Of a stretch of DNA of 64,000 nt, positions 38,985-49,367 are shown in pieces. The notes under the pieces are model-generated. The model saw only the letters and a program-made list of their open reading frames with translations. It did no database searches and was not told where the DNA came from. The position numbers were made by a program, and so were the translations under genes. This DNA is from Spirochaetia bacterium (GTDB lineage Bacteria; Spirochaetota; Spirochaetia; SZUA-6; Bin103). Each line of letters opens with the position of its first letter. The first letter of the stretch is position 1. The stretch is taken from assembly GCA_965203905.1 (NCBI GenBank), contig CBDBDQ010000005.1, positions 3,488,001 to 3,552,000 on the forward strand. The letters run 5' to 3'.

Positions 38985-39476
38985 TCAGGGTGTCCTCAGG
39001 GGCATGATGAACGCCAGCGCCGGTTGGTCGCGCTCCATTGGCTCCACCGCGAAACCCATGGCCAGCTTGAGCCGGTGGTTCTCGGGGTGGTCCCCGTCGC
39101 TGACCGATCGCACCTGGTAGCAGCCGAGCGCCTGGGTCCGGCGCAGCGTGTGCTCCTGCAGGGCCCTGCCGATCCCCTGTCTGCGATACTCCTCCTTCAC
39201 GCCGAAGGCGATGATCTTCGCCTCCGTCAGTGGGCGCCCGGCTACTATCAGAGGGCGATGGCCGCGATCGTTGGGACCGATGTCCCACACTACATACATC
39301 AGAAAGCCGACGACTCTGCCGTCCTGTTTGGCCATCACGAAGTGGCGGGGAAACGGCTCGAAATGGGCGTCGAATGCCCACCGTGCCTGACCTTCCCCGT
39401 TGATTACCGCTACAAATTCCGGCCAATCGCGATCATCCGCATTCAACTCCCGAATCGAACATTGCGGAATACTCAA
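38985..39476 (-). CDS. GNAT family acetyltransferase
   Basis: V..EYRRQGIGRAL acetyl-CoA motif; N..L...MGF. Confidence 0.9.
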   Translation of the reverse strand: MSIPQCSIRELNADDRDWPEFVAVINGEGQARWAFDAHFEPFPRHFVMAKQDGRVVGFLMYVVWDIGPNDRGHRPLIVAGRPLTEAKIIAFGVKEEYRRQGIGRALQEHTLRRTQALGCYQVRSVSDGDHPENHRLKLAMGFAVEPMERDQPALAFIMPLRTP

Positions 39477-39529
39477 AAGCCATCCCTCACCACGAGTAAT
39501 ATTGTGTGATTGGTCATCGCACTGAACTG

Positions 39530-40321
39530 CTACCAGGCAATGAGGCCGCCGTCAACGTATAGGGTCTGGCCTATCACATAGCTTGAGTCGTCGGATGCAA
39601 GATAGAATGCCGCACCGGCACATTCCTCAACCGTGCCGATTCTTCCGCATGGCACTTTGTCTGTCAGTTTCTTCAGGTTTATCGGATCGGCGAGCGACTG
39701 GTTCATCTCTTCATGTACCGGTGTGACCACGAAGCCTGGAGCGATACAGTTCACGTTGATATTGTATTGACAGACTTCGACTGCAAGTGACCGAGTGAGT
39801 TGCATCACCCCAGCTTTCGCGGCTGCGTAGATTGTCTGGTCTGGGAAGGTCGCCACCACACCAGACGTAGATGCTATATTGACTATCCTTCCACCGCCCG
39901 ATTTCTTCATTGCCCTTACCGCTTCCCTGCAGCACATCCATAAGCCTCGAAGATCGGTTGCGTGGACGCGATCGTAATCCTCGAGGGTGCATTCGTCGAT
40001 CGGTCGGGATAGTGAGATCCCTGCATTATTCACCAGTATGTCGAGACGCCCGTACGTTTCTGTTGTACTGGCAACCATCCTTTCGACATCGATCTCCACA
40101 GAGACGTCTGTTTCCAGGACTGTGCCCGCGCTACCCATGCTCGTTATCTTGGCGGCGACTGACTCCCCCTCCGCTGCATTCTTGTCGGCTATCACGACCG
40201 CGGCGGCGCCTTCCTCGGCGAATCTGACCGAAATGGCCTCTCCTATGCCACGGGCGGCGCCCGTGATTATCGCCACTTTTCCCTGCAGCCTGCGGTCACC
40301 GGGTATCGCCTTCGACCTCAT
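39530..40321 (-). CDS. SDR family oxidoreductase
   Basis: TGAARGIG, NNAG and YAAAK. Confidence 0.95.
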   Translation of the reverse strand: MRSKAIPGDRRLQGKVAIITGAARGIGEAISVRFAEEGAAAVVIADKNAAEGESVAAKITSMGSAGTVLETDVSVEIDVERMVASTTETYGRLDILVNNAGISLSRPIDECTLEDYDRVHATDLRGLWMCCREAVRAMKKSGGGRIVNIASTSGVVATFPDQTIYAAAKAGVMQLTRSLAVEVCQYNINVNCIAPGFVVTPVHEEMNQSLADPINLKKLTDKVPCGRIGTVEECAGAAFYLASDDSSYVIGQTLYVDGGLIAW

Positions 40322-41109
40322 ATGAGCGTGTACCCGCCGTCGATGACGAGCGCCTGCCCCATCAGGTAGCTGGAGTCATCGGACGCAAGGAAGTAGGCCC
40401 CTCCAGCCACATCGTCTGGCTCGCCTATCCGTCTTAGAGGAATCGATTTCAGCGTAGATTCGAGATTCTCCGGATCGTCTAACGGAAAATCTATGTCATA
40501 GTATATGGGCGTGTCGATAATCCCCGGACAAATGCAGTTCACGTTTATACCGAATGGGCACAGCTCGACCGCTAGTTCCCTGGTCATGCTGATGACCCCG
40601 CCTTTCGTCGATGCGTATATGGACTCCCATTGATAACCGATGAGCCCGGACATCGATGCCATATTGATTATCTTGCCGGCCCGGTTTGCGATCATCGTGG
40701 GAACAACCGCCTTCGTGCACATCCACAGGCCCTTCAGATTGACATCGTTGAGTCTATCCCAGTCGTCCTCGGTGGCCACAGTGATATCTTTCATGAGTGC
40801 CACACCCGCGTTATTGACTAGGATGTCGATCTTGGTGTAGCGCCGGAGCGTCTCGTTCACCATGCTCTCTATGCTTTTGTTGTCGGTCACGTCTGTGTAG
40901 ACAAAGATCGCGCGGCCACCTCGCTTCTCGATTTCGTCTACGGTGACCGCGGCCTCGTCCGCTTTCCTATCCGCGATGACCACGGAGGCGCCCTCCCTTG
41001 TGTAGCGGAGTGCAATCGCCTTTCCGATGCCACGGGCGCCGCCCGTTACGATGGCCACCCTGTTAAGAAGCCTTTTCCCCGTTGCATGCATGTTTGTATC
41101 CGCCCTCAC
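40318..41109 (-). CDS. SDR family oxidoreductase
   Basis: TGGARGIG, NNAG and YASTK. Confidence 0.95.
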   Translation of the reverse strand: MRADTNMHATGKRLLNRVAIVTGGARGIGKAIALRYTREGASVVIADRKADEAAVTVDEIEKRGGRAIFVYTDVTDNKSIESMVNETLRRYTKIDILVNNAGVALMKDITVATEDDWDRLNDVNLKGLWMCTKAVVPTMIANRAGKIINMASMSGLIGYQWESIYASTKGGVISMTRELAVELCPFGINVNCICPGIIDTPIYYDIDFPLDDPENLESTLKSIPLRRIGEPDDVAGGAYFLASDDSSYLMGQALVIDGGYTLI

Positions 41110-41174
41110 CTTCAGTGGTACTTGCTATCCTGCCGAACTCCCCGCACCACAGCGCGTCCGGCGCCATCGTCAGC

Positions 41175-42035
41175 CTAACCCTTGAGCGCACCCATGTGTA
41201 TACCCTTGAGCAACCTCGTCCGGAGGAACAAGAACACAACGATGGTGGGGGTCAGCACGACTACCAAGCCAGCAAAAAGTGGCCCCCACTCGGTCGAATA
41301 TACCCCCTTGAATCCCATGAGTCCCACTGGCAGGGTCTTCATCCAATTGTTCTTCAGAATGACCAGGGAGAACAGGAACTCATTCCAGATACCGGTGAAG
41401 TTGATCACGAATACCATCGACACGGCGCCAAGCGAAGAAGGCAGGACCACCCTGAGGAAGGTCCCTATGGTACCCTGCCCATCAATCTTGGCCGCGTCTA
41501 TCAACTCATCCGGGAACTGGCGAAAATATGTCTGCAGCATCAATATCGTGAATGGCGAAAACAGCGCCACATAGGGAAACACGACGCCGAGGTAGTTGTT
41601 GAGCAGACGCATATCGGCGATAAGATAGTACAACGGGACAACGATGGAGTGAGCCGGAATCCCCAGAAATATCATCAAGACAATGAGCACGACATTCTTG
41701 CCATGGAATCTGACCTTCGCAATCGAGTATCCAGCGAGGAAGCAAACCACCGTCAAGGCGGCCACCGCCAGCATGACAACGACAAAACTGTTCCGAAGAT
41801 ATAAGCCTAGAGTGACCCCCAGGCTTTCGTTGATCTCCGCAAAGTTGAAGTTGTCCAAGTAGAGCGACCTCGGTGGAGACAACATGCGCTGACTGATATC
41901 CAGAGAAGGCTTCAAAGAAGACATGTAGATCCAGACTACTGGGATGATCTGGATCAACAGCCAAAACAGCAGCACTACCTGAACGGCTGAGTACGCGAGC
42001 ATGTTCGAAGGCTGATAGCGAGTGGTTCTGGACAC
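41175..42035 (-). CDS. Carbohydrate ABC transporter permease (MalG-like)
   Basis: ELIDAAKIDG, WNEFL and TLPVGL. Confidence 0.94.
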   Translation of the reverse strand: MSRTTRYQPSNMLAYSAVQVVLLFWLLIQIIPVVWIYMSSLKPSLDISQRMLSPPRSLYLDNFNFAEINESLGVTLGLYLRNSFVVVMLAVAALTVVCFLAGYSIAKVRFHGKNVVLIVLMIFLGIPAHSIVVPLYYLIADMRLLNNYLGVVFPYVALFSPFTILMLQTYFRQFPDELIDAAKIDGQGTIGTFLRVVLPSSLGAVSMVFVINFTGIWNEFLFSLVILKNNWMKTLPVGLMGFKGVYSTEWGPLFAGLVVVLTPTIVVFLFLRTRLLKGIHMGALKG

Positions 42036-42045
42036 GGCTCGATGG

Positions 42046-42936
42046 TTACCGCAGTTTCTCGTAGCCCGATACTCTACGATACAGGAACGACAGCGCTACC
42101 GCGACCGAGAGGGCGATCATCGAGAGCACCGATGCGTAGCCGAACTTCAGAAACCTGAACGAATATCGGTATAACAGTGTTCCCAGCACCTCGGTTCCAC
42201 CGGATGGCCCGCCGGCCGTCATTATCCAGACTATCTCAAACACCCGAAAGGAGAATATGAGTTGCATCACCACGAGAATCGAGAAAACGTGTCTTAGGAG
42301 CGGGACAGTTATTGATACAATTTGACGAACTGTCGATGCCCCATCTAACCTGGAAGACTCGTATATTTCCTGGTCGATACTCTGCATACCGGCGAGAAAA
42401 AAGATCATTGGAAAGGAGCTGTATTGCCAGATCGAAACAAGCAGCATGATGCCCAGGCCGGTGTTGGGGTTGTCGAACCAGGGTGCCGCGAACCTCCCAA
42501 GACCAAGGTAGTTCAGGATCGTGTTTAGCAGTCCGTGTGGCTCGAAGATCTTGAGCCACAACATCGACACGGCGGCAATTGACAGCGCGTAAGGCAAGAA
42601 GAAGACAATCGTGTACAGCTTCCATAGCGAGACCCGCAAGTCGATTGCGGCGGCCAGCAGGAACCCGATGACTACGGTGCCAGCGGTGGCCACGGTGGAG
42701 AATACGAAAGTATTTCGCAGTGCGGTATAGAAGTACCTGTCCTCGGTGAACATCTCTACGAAGTTGCTCAGACCGGCGAACTTCAGAGCAGTTATTCCAT
42801 CCCATTGAAAGAATGGCATGATGGAGGATCTTATGGCCGGATAGAGCAGGAAGGTTGCGATGAAAACCATCGCGGGAAGAACGAGGGCCCAGCCTACGAA
42901 TGATTCGATTAGTCGTCTGTTCTTCGCAATCACCAT
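42046..42936 (-). CDS. Carbohydrate ABC transporter permease (MalF-like)
   Basis: GLSNF, EIYESSRLDGA and MTAGGP. Confidence 0.94.
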   Translation of the reverse strand: MVIAKNRRLIESFVGWALVLPAMVFIATFLLYPAIRSSIMPFFQWDGITALKFAGLSNFVEMFTEDRYFYTALRNTFVFSTVATAGTVVIGFLLAAAIDLRVSLWKLYTIVFFLPYALSIAAVSMLWLKIFEPHGLLNTILNYLGLGRFAAPWFDNPNTGLGIMLLVSIWQYSSFPMIFFLAGMQSIDQEIYESSRLDGASTVRQIVSITVPLLRHVFSILVVMQLIFSFRVFEIVWIMTAGGPSGGTEVLGTLLYRYSFRFLKFGYASVLSMIALSVAVALSFLYRRVSGYEKLR

Positions 42937-43143
42937 TCTTCGAGTGCTCGTGCTGGGCGGATGGCGGTGCCCGGCGGCCAACTCCGTGCGAGCCGCCGCC
43001 GGGGCAGGCGGCCGACGCCGGACAGGCCGGGCCGGCGCAGGGGGAGTTCGGCGCAGCATCAGCCGAGGAGTCCGCGCGGGCGCCTGGCGCGCTGGCGCAC
43101 GCGCATTAGGCCTCGGCGCGACGGACCCCCGGCCGCAATCAAT

Positions 43144-44463
43144 CTACTCGATGTTCTTTTCTGCTGCGCTATGGATGAACTCTACGGCCTCCTCCGGCGT
43201 CATCGTAAATGCGGTGACCTCCTGGGCTGCAATGTCCCACGCTCCGGCCGCCATCTCTTGCGGCCAATTTGAAAAGTGGGTAACAACCCCACCCTTGTCG
43301 CCGTTATCCTTGATCAGTCTGGCGGTCAAAGGATCCACGCTTGCGGCGATATCTGCCTCACTGAGGTTGGTGCTGGATGAAATCAAGCCGGCGGAAAATG
43401 AGAACTTGGCGTACTCCGGCTGCAGCATGTTGTTGAAGAAGTCCAGAATCGCGTCCAGCTTGTTACCAGAAGTGTATGCCGGGATGGTAAGACTGTTCGC
43501 ATACGACGCCGGGAAGGTGGTGTTTCCGGCGTGCTCGGGCATCAGGAAGTAGTCGAGAGCCAGCTCCGGCGCCTCTCCGTTGACCAGCCCGACCGCCCAA
43601 GAGCCCGAAGAGTACACGGCCGCTCTCTGTTCCGTAAAGGCCAATCTTCCGGCACCATCATCGAGCGTGTTGAAGCCTTTAATAAACATCCCTTCTTCGG
43701 TCATTTTCTTCAGAAATCGGAACACTTCAAGCACGCCATCGGACTTCATCAAGTCCAGATTCGCCCTCTTTTCCTGCGCAGAGAGGTTCCTCCAGTTCAC
43801 CAGAGTCTGATAGGTATCGGCCGGTATCAGACGCAGTGCCAGAGACTCGGAAAGCTGTCTGATTGTCCACTGCCACTTGTTCCCGATAGCCCAGGTAGCG
43901 TAGTCAGCTGCTTTCAGTTTCTCCGAAATCGAAAACAGATCCTCCAGTGCACCTGGAGCGGCGACGCCCACCGAGTCAAAGATCTCCGTGTTGAAGTAGT
44001 TGATCCCATACATCACGAAGTCGATGCTCAGGAAGTACAAGTTGCCATCCCTGGCAGTCAGCTCCTTGGCGGCGCCGGGATACTGCTGATCGTACCAGTC
44101 GAATTGCTCGTAGTACGGCGTCAGATCCACCAGCAGGCCCTTCTCGCCAAACGACTGGGCGTCGGCATGACCAATGAGGAAGAGGAAGTCGAGTTCCTCT
44201 GCACCGCTCGCCAGAGCCGCCGGCACGATGTCATTCAGATTCTGCATCTCGAACGCAGAGACCTTGAAGGTCACGTTGGGGTTCTGTGCCGTATACAGGT
44301 CAAACATCGGCTGTAGTTCGTCATTTATCTGGCCGGCCTCAGTCCACACCGACAGGGCAATCGGACCGGTATCCGTGGCTGCCTCCTGCGGCGCACTCGC
44401 CCCGAGATCCAGCGCGACCAGGAAAGTCACGAGCGCAATCGTTAATACAGACAAAGGTTTCAT
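43144..44463 (-). CDS. Carbohydrate ABC substrate-binding protein (family 1)
   Basis: Signal peptide; GLLVDLT, YFNTEIF, G.W and TPEEA; adjacent sugar permeases. Confidence 0.92.
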   Translation of the reverse strand: MKPLSVLTIALVTFLVALDLGASAPQEAATDTGPIALSVWTEAGQINDELQPMFDLYTAQNPNVTFKVSAFEMQNLNDIVPAALASGAEELDFLFLIGHADAQSFGEKGLLVDLTPYYEQFDWYDQQYPGAAKELTARDGNLYFLSIDFVMYGINYFNTEIFDSVGVAAPGALEDLFSISEKLKAADYATWAIGNKWQWTIRQLSESLALRLIPADTYQTLVNWRNLSAQEKRANLDLMKSDGVLEVFRFLKKMTEEGMFIKGFNTLDDGAGRLAFTEQRAAVYSSGSWAVGLVNGEAPELALDYFLMPEHAGNTTFPASYANSLTIPAYTSGNKLDAILDFFNNMLQPEYAKFSFSAGLISSSTNLSEADIAASVDPLTARLIKDNGDKGGVVTHFSNWPQEMAAGAWDIAAQEVTAFTMTPEEAVEFIHSAAEKNIE

Positions 44464-44513
44464 TCGTCCTCCAGTAGCCTATCGAGATTCCAAAGTGGGC
44501 CTAGCCCACAACC

Positions 44514-46595
44514 TCACGCCCATTCGATCGCTAGCATCTGGTATATCGTCAACTCATCTATCCGTATTTTCACCCAGTGGTCATCGATCTGGTATTCCAG
44601 GGGCGTCACATCCGGGAGCAGTAGTACCCTGCCGACCTGTCGGTGTCGCAGGTTGACGGCAACAGAGAAATCGCGTACGGGAAGCACGCGTCGGCGCTCC
44701 TGCAAGTTGATGAGGTGCAAGATGTGTCGTTTGTTATCAGGTTGTTCGAACAGGGTAATCTCGACGTCAGGAGGCGCATCTGAACGAAATGAGAGCGGTT
44801 CCGGGTGGCCACATTTCAGCAGGTCCAGGAAGATACTTCGATGGGGCTCGTTGTCGATGCGCTCCAGGCCGAACGAGGACCACATGATGGACCCTCTTCC
44901 GACTCGCTTGGCGATGATCGAGGGATGCTGGGTATGAACTCCGGGGGGATCGGAGTGGATGGCGGCGAAGCGTGTGCCATCGTGTGGAACGGTGTACGGC
45001 AGCAGCATCGTGGCCAACACCGACACCGGTTCGAGAACCTCGACGACGGCTTGCGGTGCGTGCACGGAAATCGCGACTCCCTCGTCAGCGTCGCGGAAAA
45101 TGCCCGCGCCTGCGGTCGTGGGTGAGAAGTAGGTCAGAGTCTCCTCGGTCATTCGAAGACACTTCACGCCAAGAACCGTGCCAAAGTGCTCAGCCGCCCT
45201 GGCACCGCTCAGGAACAGGTGCCCGCCGTTCCGGACGTACTCCGAAAACGCAGCAATCTCCTCGTCGTCGAATCGGTCAATCGACGGGAGCACGACGGTC
45301 CCATACTTGGAGAGGTTGGCAATGAGTTTCTTGGTAATCACGCCGAACGGACAATGGCTCTCTTTCAGGGCTGCAGTGGTCGCCATGGCCGACTCGATGT
45401 GAGGTATCGGATCTTCGATAATGTCGCCCACGTATAGCAACGCACGACTGCCGCTCTTGTCCAGATCGATTTTCGAGTTGAAGCTGAAGTATATGGCTAC
45501 ATCCTCCACCAGCGTTCCGCCGAGATACGGTTCGAAACGTTGCGACTCCCCGAATACCTTTCCCACGCGCTGGTAAACGGCAGGGTTAAGGGAACCGTCA
45601 GGATCAATACCGTCTATGAAAAGAAAAGCCGTGTTGTGGGCCAACGCCAAGTAGGTGTGCGAACGCAGAATATCCTCGCTCTTCAGCGTTGTGTGCTCGA
45701 ACAGGTCGGGATAGCAGCGTGAGGTATGGTACTCGGTGGGAAAGTTCCTGGTCAGGTTGTAGTATAGTTTGCACACGAACGACTGGTCGATGTATCCGTC
45801 GAATCGATCGCCTCCAAGATAGTCGTGGGCGTCGGCCGAAGTGTGGTCGATACCGAGCAGCCAACTGTACAGAGCCAGGGCATAGTTGTGTTGCACGGAC
45901 AGGCCGTCGCTGAGAGCCTTGACGTGATTCGAGAGATCAAATGAATACTCGGCCATCCAGTCGATCCGCTTCGCCTGAAACTCGGTCCAGGATGGATCGT
46001 CCCAGTCTATCTGCTCGGGTATGTTACCGCCTATTTCCGTGGCATACCTTCGGTGACAGTCGTCGCAGTAGCAAACCACCGGCCAAAAGCTCATGTCCAG
46101 GTACATCCCGTTGAATTCGTAGGTCTCTACAAGCTCCGTCAACTGAGCCTTAATGAAGTCCCTATGTGGAATCGAGTTCGGGCAGCACAAACCGTACCGA
46201 TTCGTTAGCAGCGGTCTTTTCCCGGGATCCCTGGAGTGGCCGCCTTCCAGATCGACCGTTCGCCACTGCGGATGTTCATCATATGCCCAGTTGTTGAAGA
46301 TGGCGCTGTAGTAGACTACGGTCGAGATGCTTTCGCTGTTGCAAAGACCCAGGAGCTCGCCAAGTATATCTCTTCCATTGAGGTTTCGGTGCATGCGACC
46401 CGTCGTGGTCGGCCAGTAACACAGTCCCACCGATGAATTTGCGTATATCATCGCGGTCTGTACTTTCGCCTGCTTGAGGAGCGTGACGTAGCGAGTGGCG
46501 TCGAACTTCGCCAGGAACGCGTCGTTCCAGTCGTCGATGTGCATGTCGACCAGATTTCGTCGGTAGCTGTTTGCGTACCAGTGCTTGGTCTTCAT
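44514..46595 (-). CDS. GHL6/GH151-like glycoside hydrolase (possible alpha-L-fucosidase) with beta-galactosidase trimerisation-like domain
   Basis: DMHI..FD, GLCYWPT..G..H, VVYYS, HPQW, CPNS and G.YLD; C-terminal class I GATase-like region. Confidence 0.78.
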   Translation of the reverse strand: MKTKHWYANSYRRNLVDMHIDDWNDAFLAKFDATRYVTLLKQAKVQTAMIYANSSVGLCYWPTTTGRMHRNLNGRDILGELLGLCNSESISTVVYYSAIFNNWAYDEHPQWRTVDLEGGHSRDPGKRPLLTNRYGLCCPNSIPHRDFIKAQLTELVETYEFNGMYLDMSFWPVVCYCDDCHRRYATEIGGNIPEQIDWDDPSWTEFQAKRIDWMAEYSFDLSNHVKALSDGLSVQHNYALALYSWLLGIDHTSADAHDYLGGDRFDGYIDQSFVCKLYYNLTRNFPTEYHTSRCYPDLFEHTTLKSEDILRSHTYLALAHNTAFLFIDGIDPDGSLNPAVYQRVGKVFGESQRFEPYLGGTLVEDVAIYFSFNSKIDLDKSGSRALLYVGDIIEDPIPHIESAMATTAALKESHCPFGVITKKLIANLSKYGTVVLPSIDRFDDEEIAAFSEYVRNGGHLFLSGARAAEHFGTVLGVKCLRMTEETLTYFSPTTAGAGIFRDADEGVAISVHAPQAVVEVLEPVSVLATMLLPYTVPHDGTRFAAIHSDPPGVHTQHPSIIAKRVGRGSIMWSSFGLERIDNEPHRSIFLDLLKCGHPEPLSFRSDAPPDVEITLFEQPDNKRHILHLINLQERRRVLPVRDFSVAVNLRHRQVGRVLLLPDVTPLEYQIDDHWVKIRIDELTIYQMLAIEWA

Positions 46596-46720
46596 CTGGT
46601 GTTCCCGACGATGCTACGGGGGAGTTGCCCGAAGATGCCCTCGACCGCATCGCGGATGCGTCTCAACACGGACGCTTTTGAAGTCTCTAGTGCGTGCCTT
46701 CGGCTGTGGCTGACAACTGC

Positions 46721-47482
46721 TCATCGGCGCGCGTCGACGTAGCCGGCACCACGGCTGCCGGGCTCGCCCCGTACCAGGTAGACCGGTATGTCGTGCTCCT
46801 CGACGTCCACCCAGGCGGTATCGGTACTGCAGTAGCGGATGGTGTAACCGGCTCGCCGGCGCTTGGTATGGTTCGTGCCGCTACCATGAATCAGGAACGA
46901 GTCATGTATGGACAGGGCGCCCGCCGGCATTGACAGGGTCACGGCCGACGCCTCCATTTCGGAAGTTGCGGAAACCTTCCATGGCAGCATCTGGTCCGCG
47001 CTCGCGTTCGGTACGGTCTCGTATTCACGATAGCCGGTGTGAGAGCGGGGAATGACCTGCATGGCGGAGTTGTCCACGTCGGCATCATCCAGCGCCAGCC
47101 ACACCGTTGCCACGTCCGTCCCATGCACACTCGGCCAATAGTTGTTGTCCTGGTGCCATGCCACCGCGTCCGTCGAATGCGGCGGCTTGATGAACACGCT
47201 CGAGTACACCAGGATCAGATTCGGTCCCAGTATCGTGGCGACCGCATCAAGCAGCGGCGGGTGGCGACAGATGTCCAGCCAGCGTTGGTCCAGCGTGTGC
47301 GGCTCCAGTAGCTGATTCGGCTCCTGAAGCATGTCGGAGTCAATCGCATCCTGAAGCAGGCGACGGTTTGCCGCGATGGTGGCGTCGTCGAAAACGCGAG
47401 GAAAGAGGCAATATCCTTCGCGCTTGAACAACAAGGGATCGCGGTTCACCACGGGGCCGCCGTTAGCGGCTGGCTCAGGCAT
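46721..47482 (-). CDS. PhyH family 2-oxoglutarate/Fe(II) dioxygenase
   Basis: WHQD, W.ALDD, IPRSH and HGS..N...RR. Confidence 0.92.
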   Translation of the reverse strand: MPEPAANGGPVVNRDPLLFKREGYCLFPRVFDDATIAANRRLLQDAIDSDMLQEPNQLLEPHTLDQRWLDICRHPPLLDAVATILGPNLILVYSSVFIKPPHSTDAVAWHQDNNYWPSVHGTDVATVWLALDDADVDNSAMQVIPRSHTGYREYETVPNASADQMLPWKVSATSEMEASAVTLSMPAGALSIHDSFLIHGSGTNHTKRRRAGYTIRYCSTDTAWVDVEEHDIPVYLVRGEPGSRGAGYVDARR

Positions 47483-47729
47483 GGTGCGGTAGGTCAGGAG
47501 CCGTACCCGGAACACCGGCCCCCGGTCGACGCGGCAGTGGTTGCGGTTTCGCAAACCGACAGGAGCGCTGGGACGTGTAGTCACCCGTCACCGTGCCCAT
47601 CGAAAACACCGTACGAGACATGCTATCGAACAGTCAACCGGCAATGGCACGTCATGCCGGTACGGCGCGTGTGGGGCGCACGACCCATGACGCCAAGCGT
47701 GGTGTCGGGTTCTGGGTGCCGCCGCGAGG

Positions 47730-48632
47730 CTATGCGGGAGCGGGGCGCTCGCCGGCACCGTCGAGGCGGCGCTTGGCCTCGGCGTAGGTGTCGGCCGGCA
47801 GCGGGCCGCGTGCGACGGCGGCGAGGTTCTCCTGCAGGTGCTCGGAGCGCGTGGTGCCCACGATGATGGTGTGGGCGAACGGATGGCTCAGGGTGTACCG
47901 GAGCACGAACGCCGAGCGGCTCTCGCCGGGGTCGCGCAACTCGTCGAGCCCGGCGCGCTCGAAGGTCGCCCAGGTGTCGCCGCGGCCACGCCCGCTGCCG
48001 GGCTCGCCCTGTGCCACGCCGCCGCGGATGATGATCCCCACGCCCGCCTGCCCGGCACGCGTGATCCAGTCCTCGTGCTTCCGCTCGAGGGCGGAGTAGG
48101 GGATCTGCATCACGTCGAACACGCCCCAGTCCAGGTAGGTGGGCAGGTGCGGCAGCGTGCTGGACACGCCGATGAAGCGCACCCCGCCGCTGCGTTTCAT
48201 CTCCCGGAGGGCATCCACCAGGCCGCCGGCCTCGCACTCGGCCACGGTGGGGTTGTGGAGCTGCATCACGTCGACGCTGTCGCGTCCCAGTCGCGCGAGG
48301 CTGCCTTCCAGAGCGCGGAACAGGTTGTCTCGGGTCCACACGTGGTCGGAGTTGTTCTCGGTGGGGCGGCTTTCGGTGCAGCCGCACTTGGTGGCGAGGC
48401 TGAACTCGCCGTAGCGGTGGGCGATGAAAGCGCCGATGCGGCGCTCGGCCTCAACGTAGTCGTAGGCGGTGTCGAGGAAGTTGATGCCGACGTCCAGCAC
48501 TTCGTTGAGCAGCCGGTCCGCCGCCTGATCGGTCCAGTGCGGCTTGGTCGGGCTGTACAGCGCGGTGCCGAAGCCGAGCCTGGTCACCTCGATGCCGGTG
48601 TCGCCAAGGGTCGTCGTGGGGAGCGTTGCCAT
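47730..48632 (-). CDS. Aldo/keto reductase
   Basis: FLDTAYDY, ATKCG, SLARL, QLH and RFIGVS. Confidence 0.93.
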   Translation of the reverse strand: MATLPTTTLGDTGIEVTRLGFGTALYSPTKPHWTDQAADRLLNEVLDVGINFLDTAYDYVEAERRIGAFIAHRYGEFSLATKCGCTESRPTENNSDHVWTRDNLFRALEGSLARLGRDSVDVMQLHNPTVAECEAGGLVDALREMKRSGGVRFIGVSSTLPHLPTYLDWGVFDVMQIPYSALERKHEDWITRAGQAGVGIIIRGGVAQGEPGSGRGRGDTWATFERAGLDELRDPGESRSAFVLRYTLSHPFAHTIIVGTTRSEHLQENLAAVARGPLPADTYAEAKRRLDGAGERPAPA

Positions 48633-48743
48633 GGCGGCCATCATATGCCACCCACCTCCGCGGCGCGAGCGGCCGCCGGAGCTCCTCATTGACAGCGCTG
48701 CCGTGCGATCAAGCTGCGCAGCGTCGCGTATATTCAGCACGAC

Positions 48744-49292
48744 ATGGCACCACGGATCATCACGTTGGCGGGTAGCGCGCGCCGGGAGTCGCTGAACAAG
48801 CAACTGGCGCGGATTGCGGCGGTACGCGTCTCCGCGCTCGGCGGGGAGGGCGTGTTCCTCGACCACGCCGACTACCGCATGCCGCTGTACGACGGCGACT
48901 ACGAGGCCGCCAAGGGGGTGCCTGACAACGCGCGCGCCTTTGGCGAGCAGGTGGCGTCCGCGGACGGACTGATGATCGCCTCACCCGAGTACAACGGCTC
49001 GCACCCCGCACTGCTGAAGAACACCATCGACTGGCTCACCCGTATCGACCGCCGGATCTGGGTACGCCCCACGGCGCTGCTGAGCGCATCGCCGGGGCCG
49101 CGCGGCGGGCGGCGGGCGCTGGTGGTGCTGCGCCTCGCCTTCGACCACATGCGCGTGCCCGTGCTGGAGCGGCAGTTCAGTCTGCCTTCGGCGCGCGAGA
49201 CCATGACGGGAGACGCGCTGAGCGATGCAGCCAGGTTGGAGGAGCTGGACCGGCTCGTGTCCGAACTCCTGACCGCTGTCGGAGCCCGCTGA
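48744..49292 (+). CDS. NADPH-dependent FMN reductase
   Basis: GSARRESLN, SPEYNGS..LKNTIDW and SASPG..GG. Confidence 0.93.
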   Translation: MAPRIITLAGSARRESLNKQLARIAAVRVSALGGEGVFLDHADYRMPLYDGDYEAAKGVPDNARAFGEQVASADGLMIASPEYNGSHPALLKNTIDWLTRIDRRIWVRPTALLSASPGPRGGRRALVVLRLAFDHMRVPVLERQFSLPSARETMTGDALSDAARLEELDRLVSELLTAVGAR

Positions 49293-49367
49293 GCCGGCGC
49301 CCCGGTTCCCCCCGGTTTCCATGGAGCTACCAACCACGGCAGCTCCGGTGCTATCCTGCGGCTTGCC

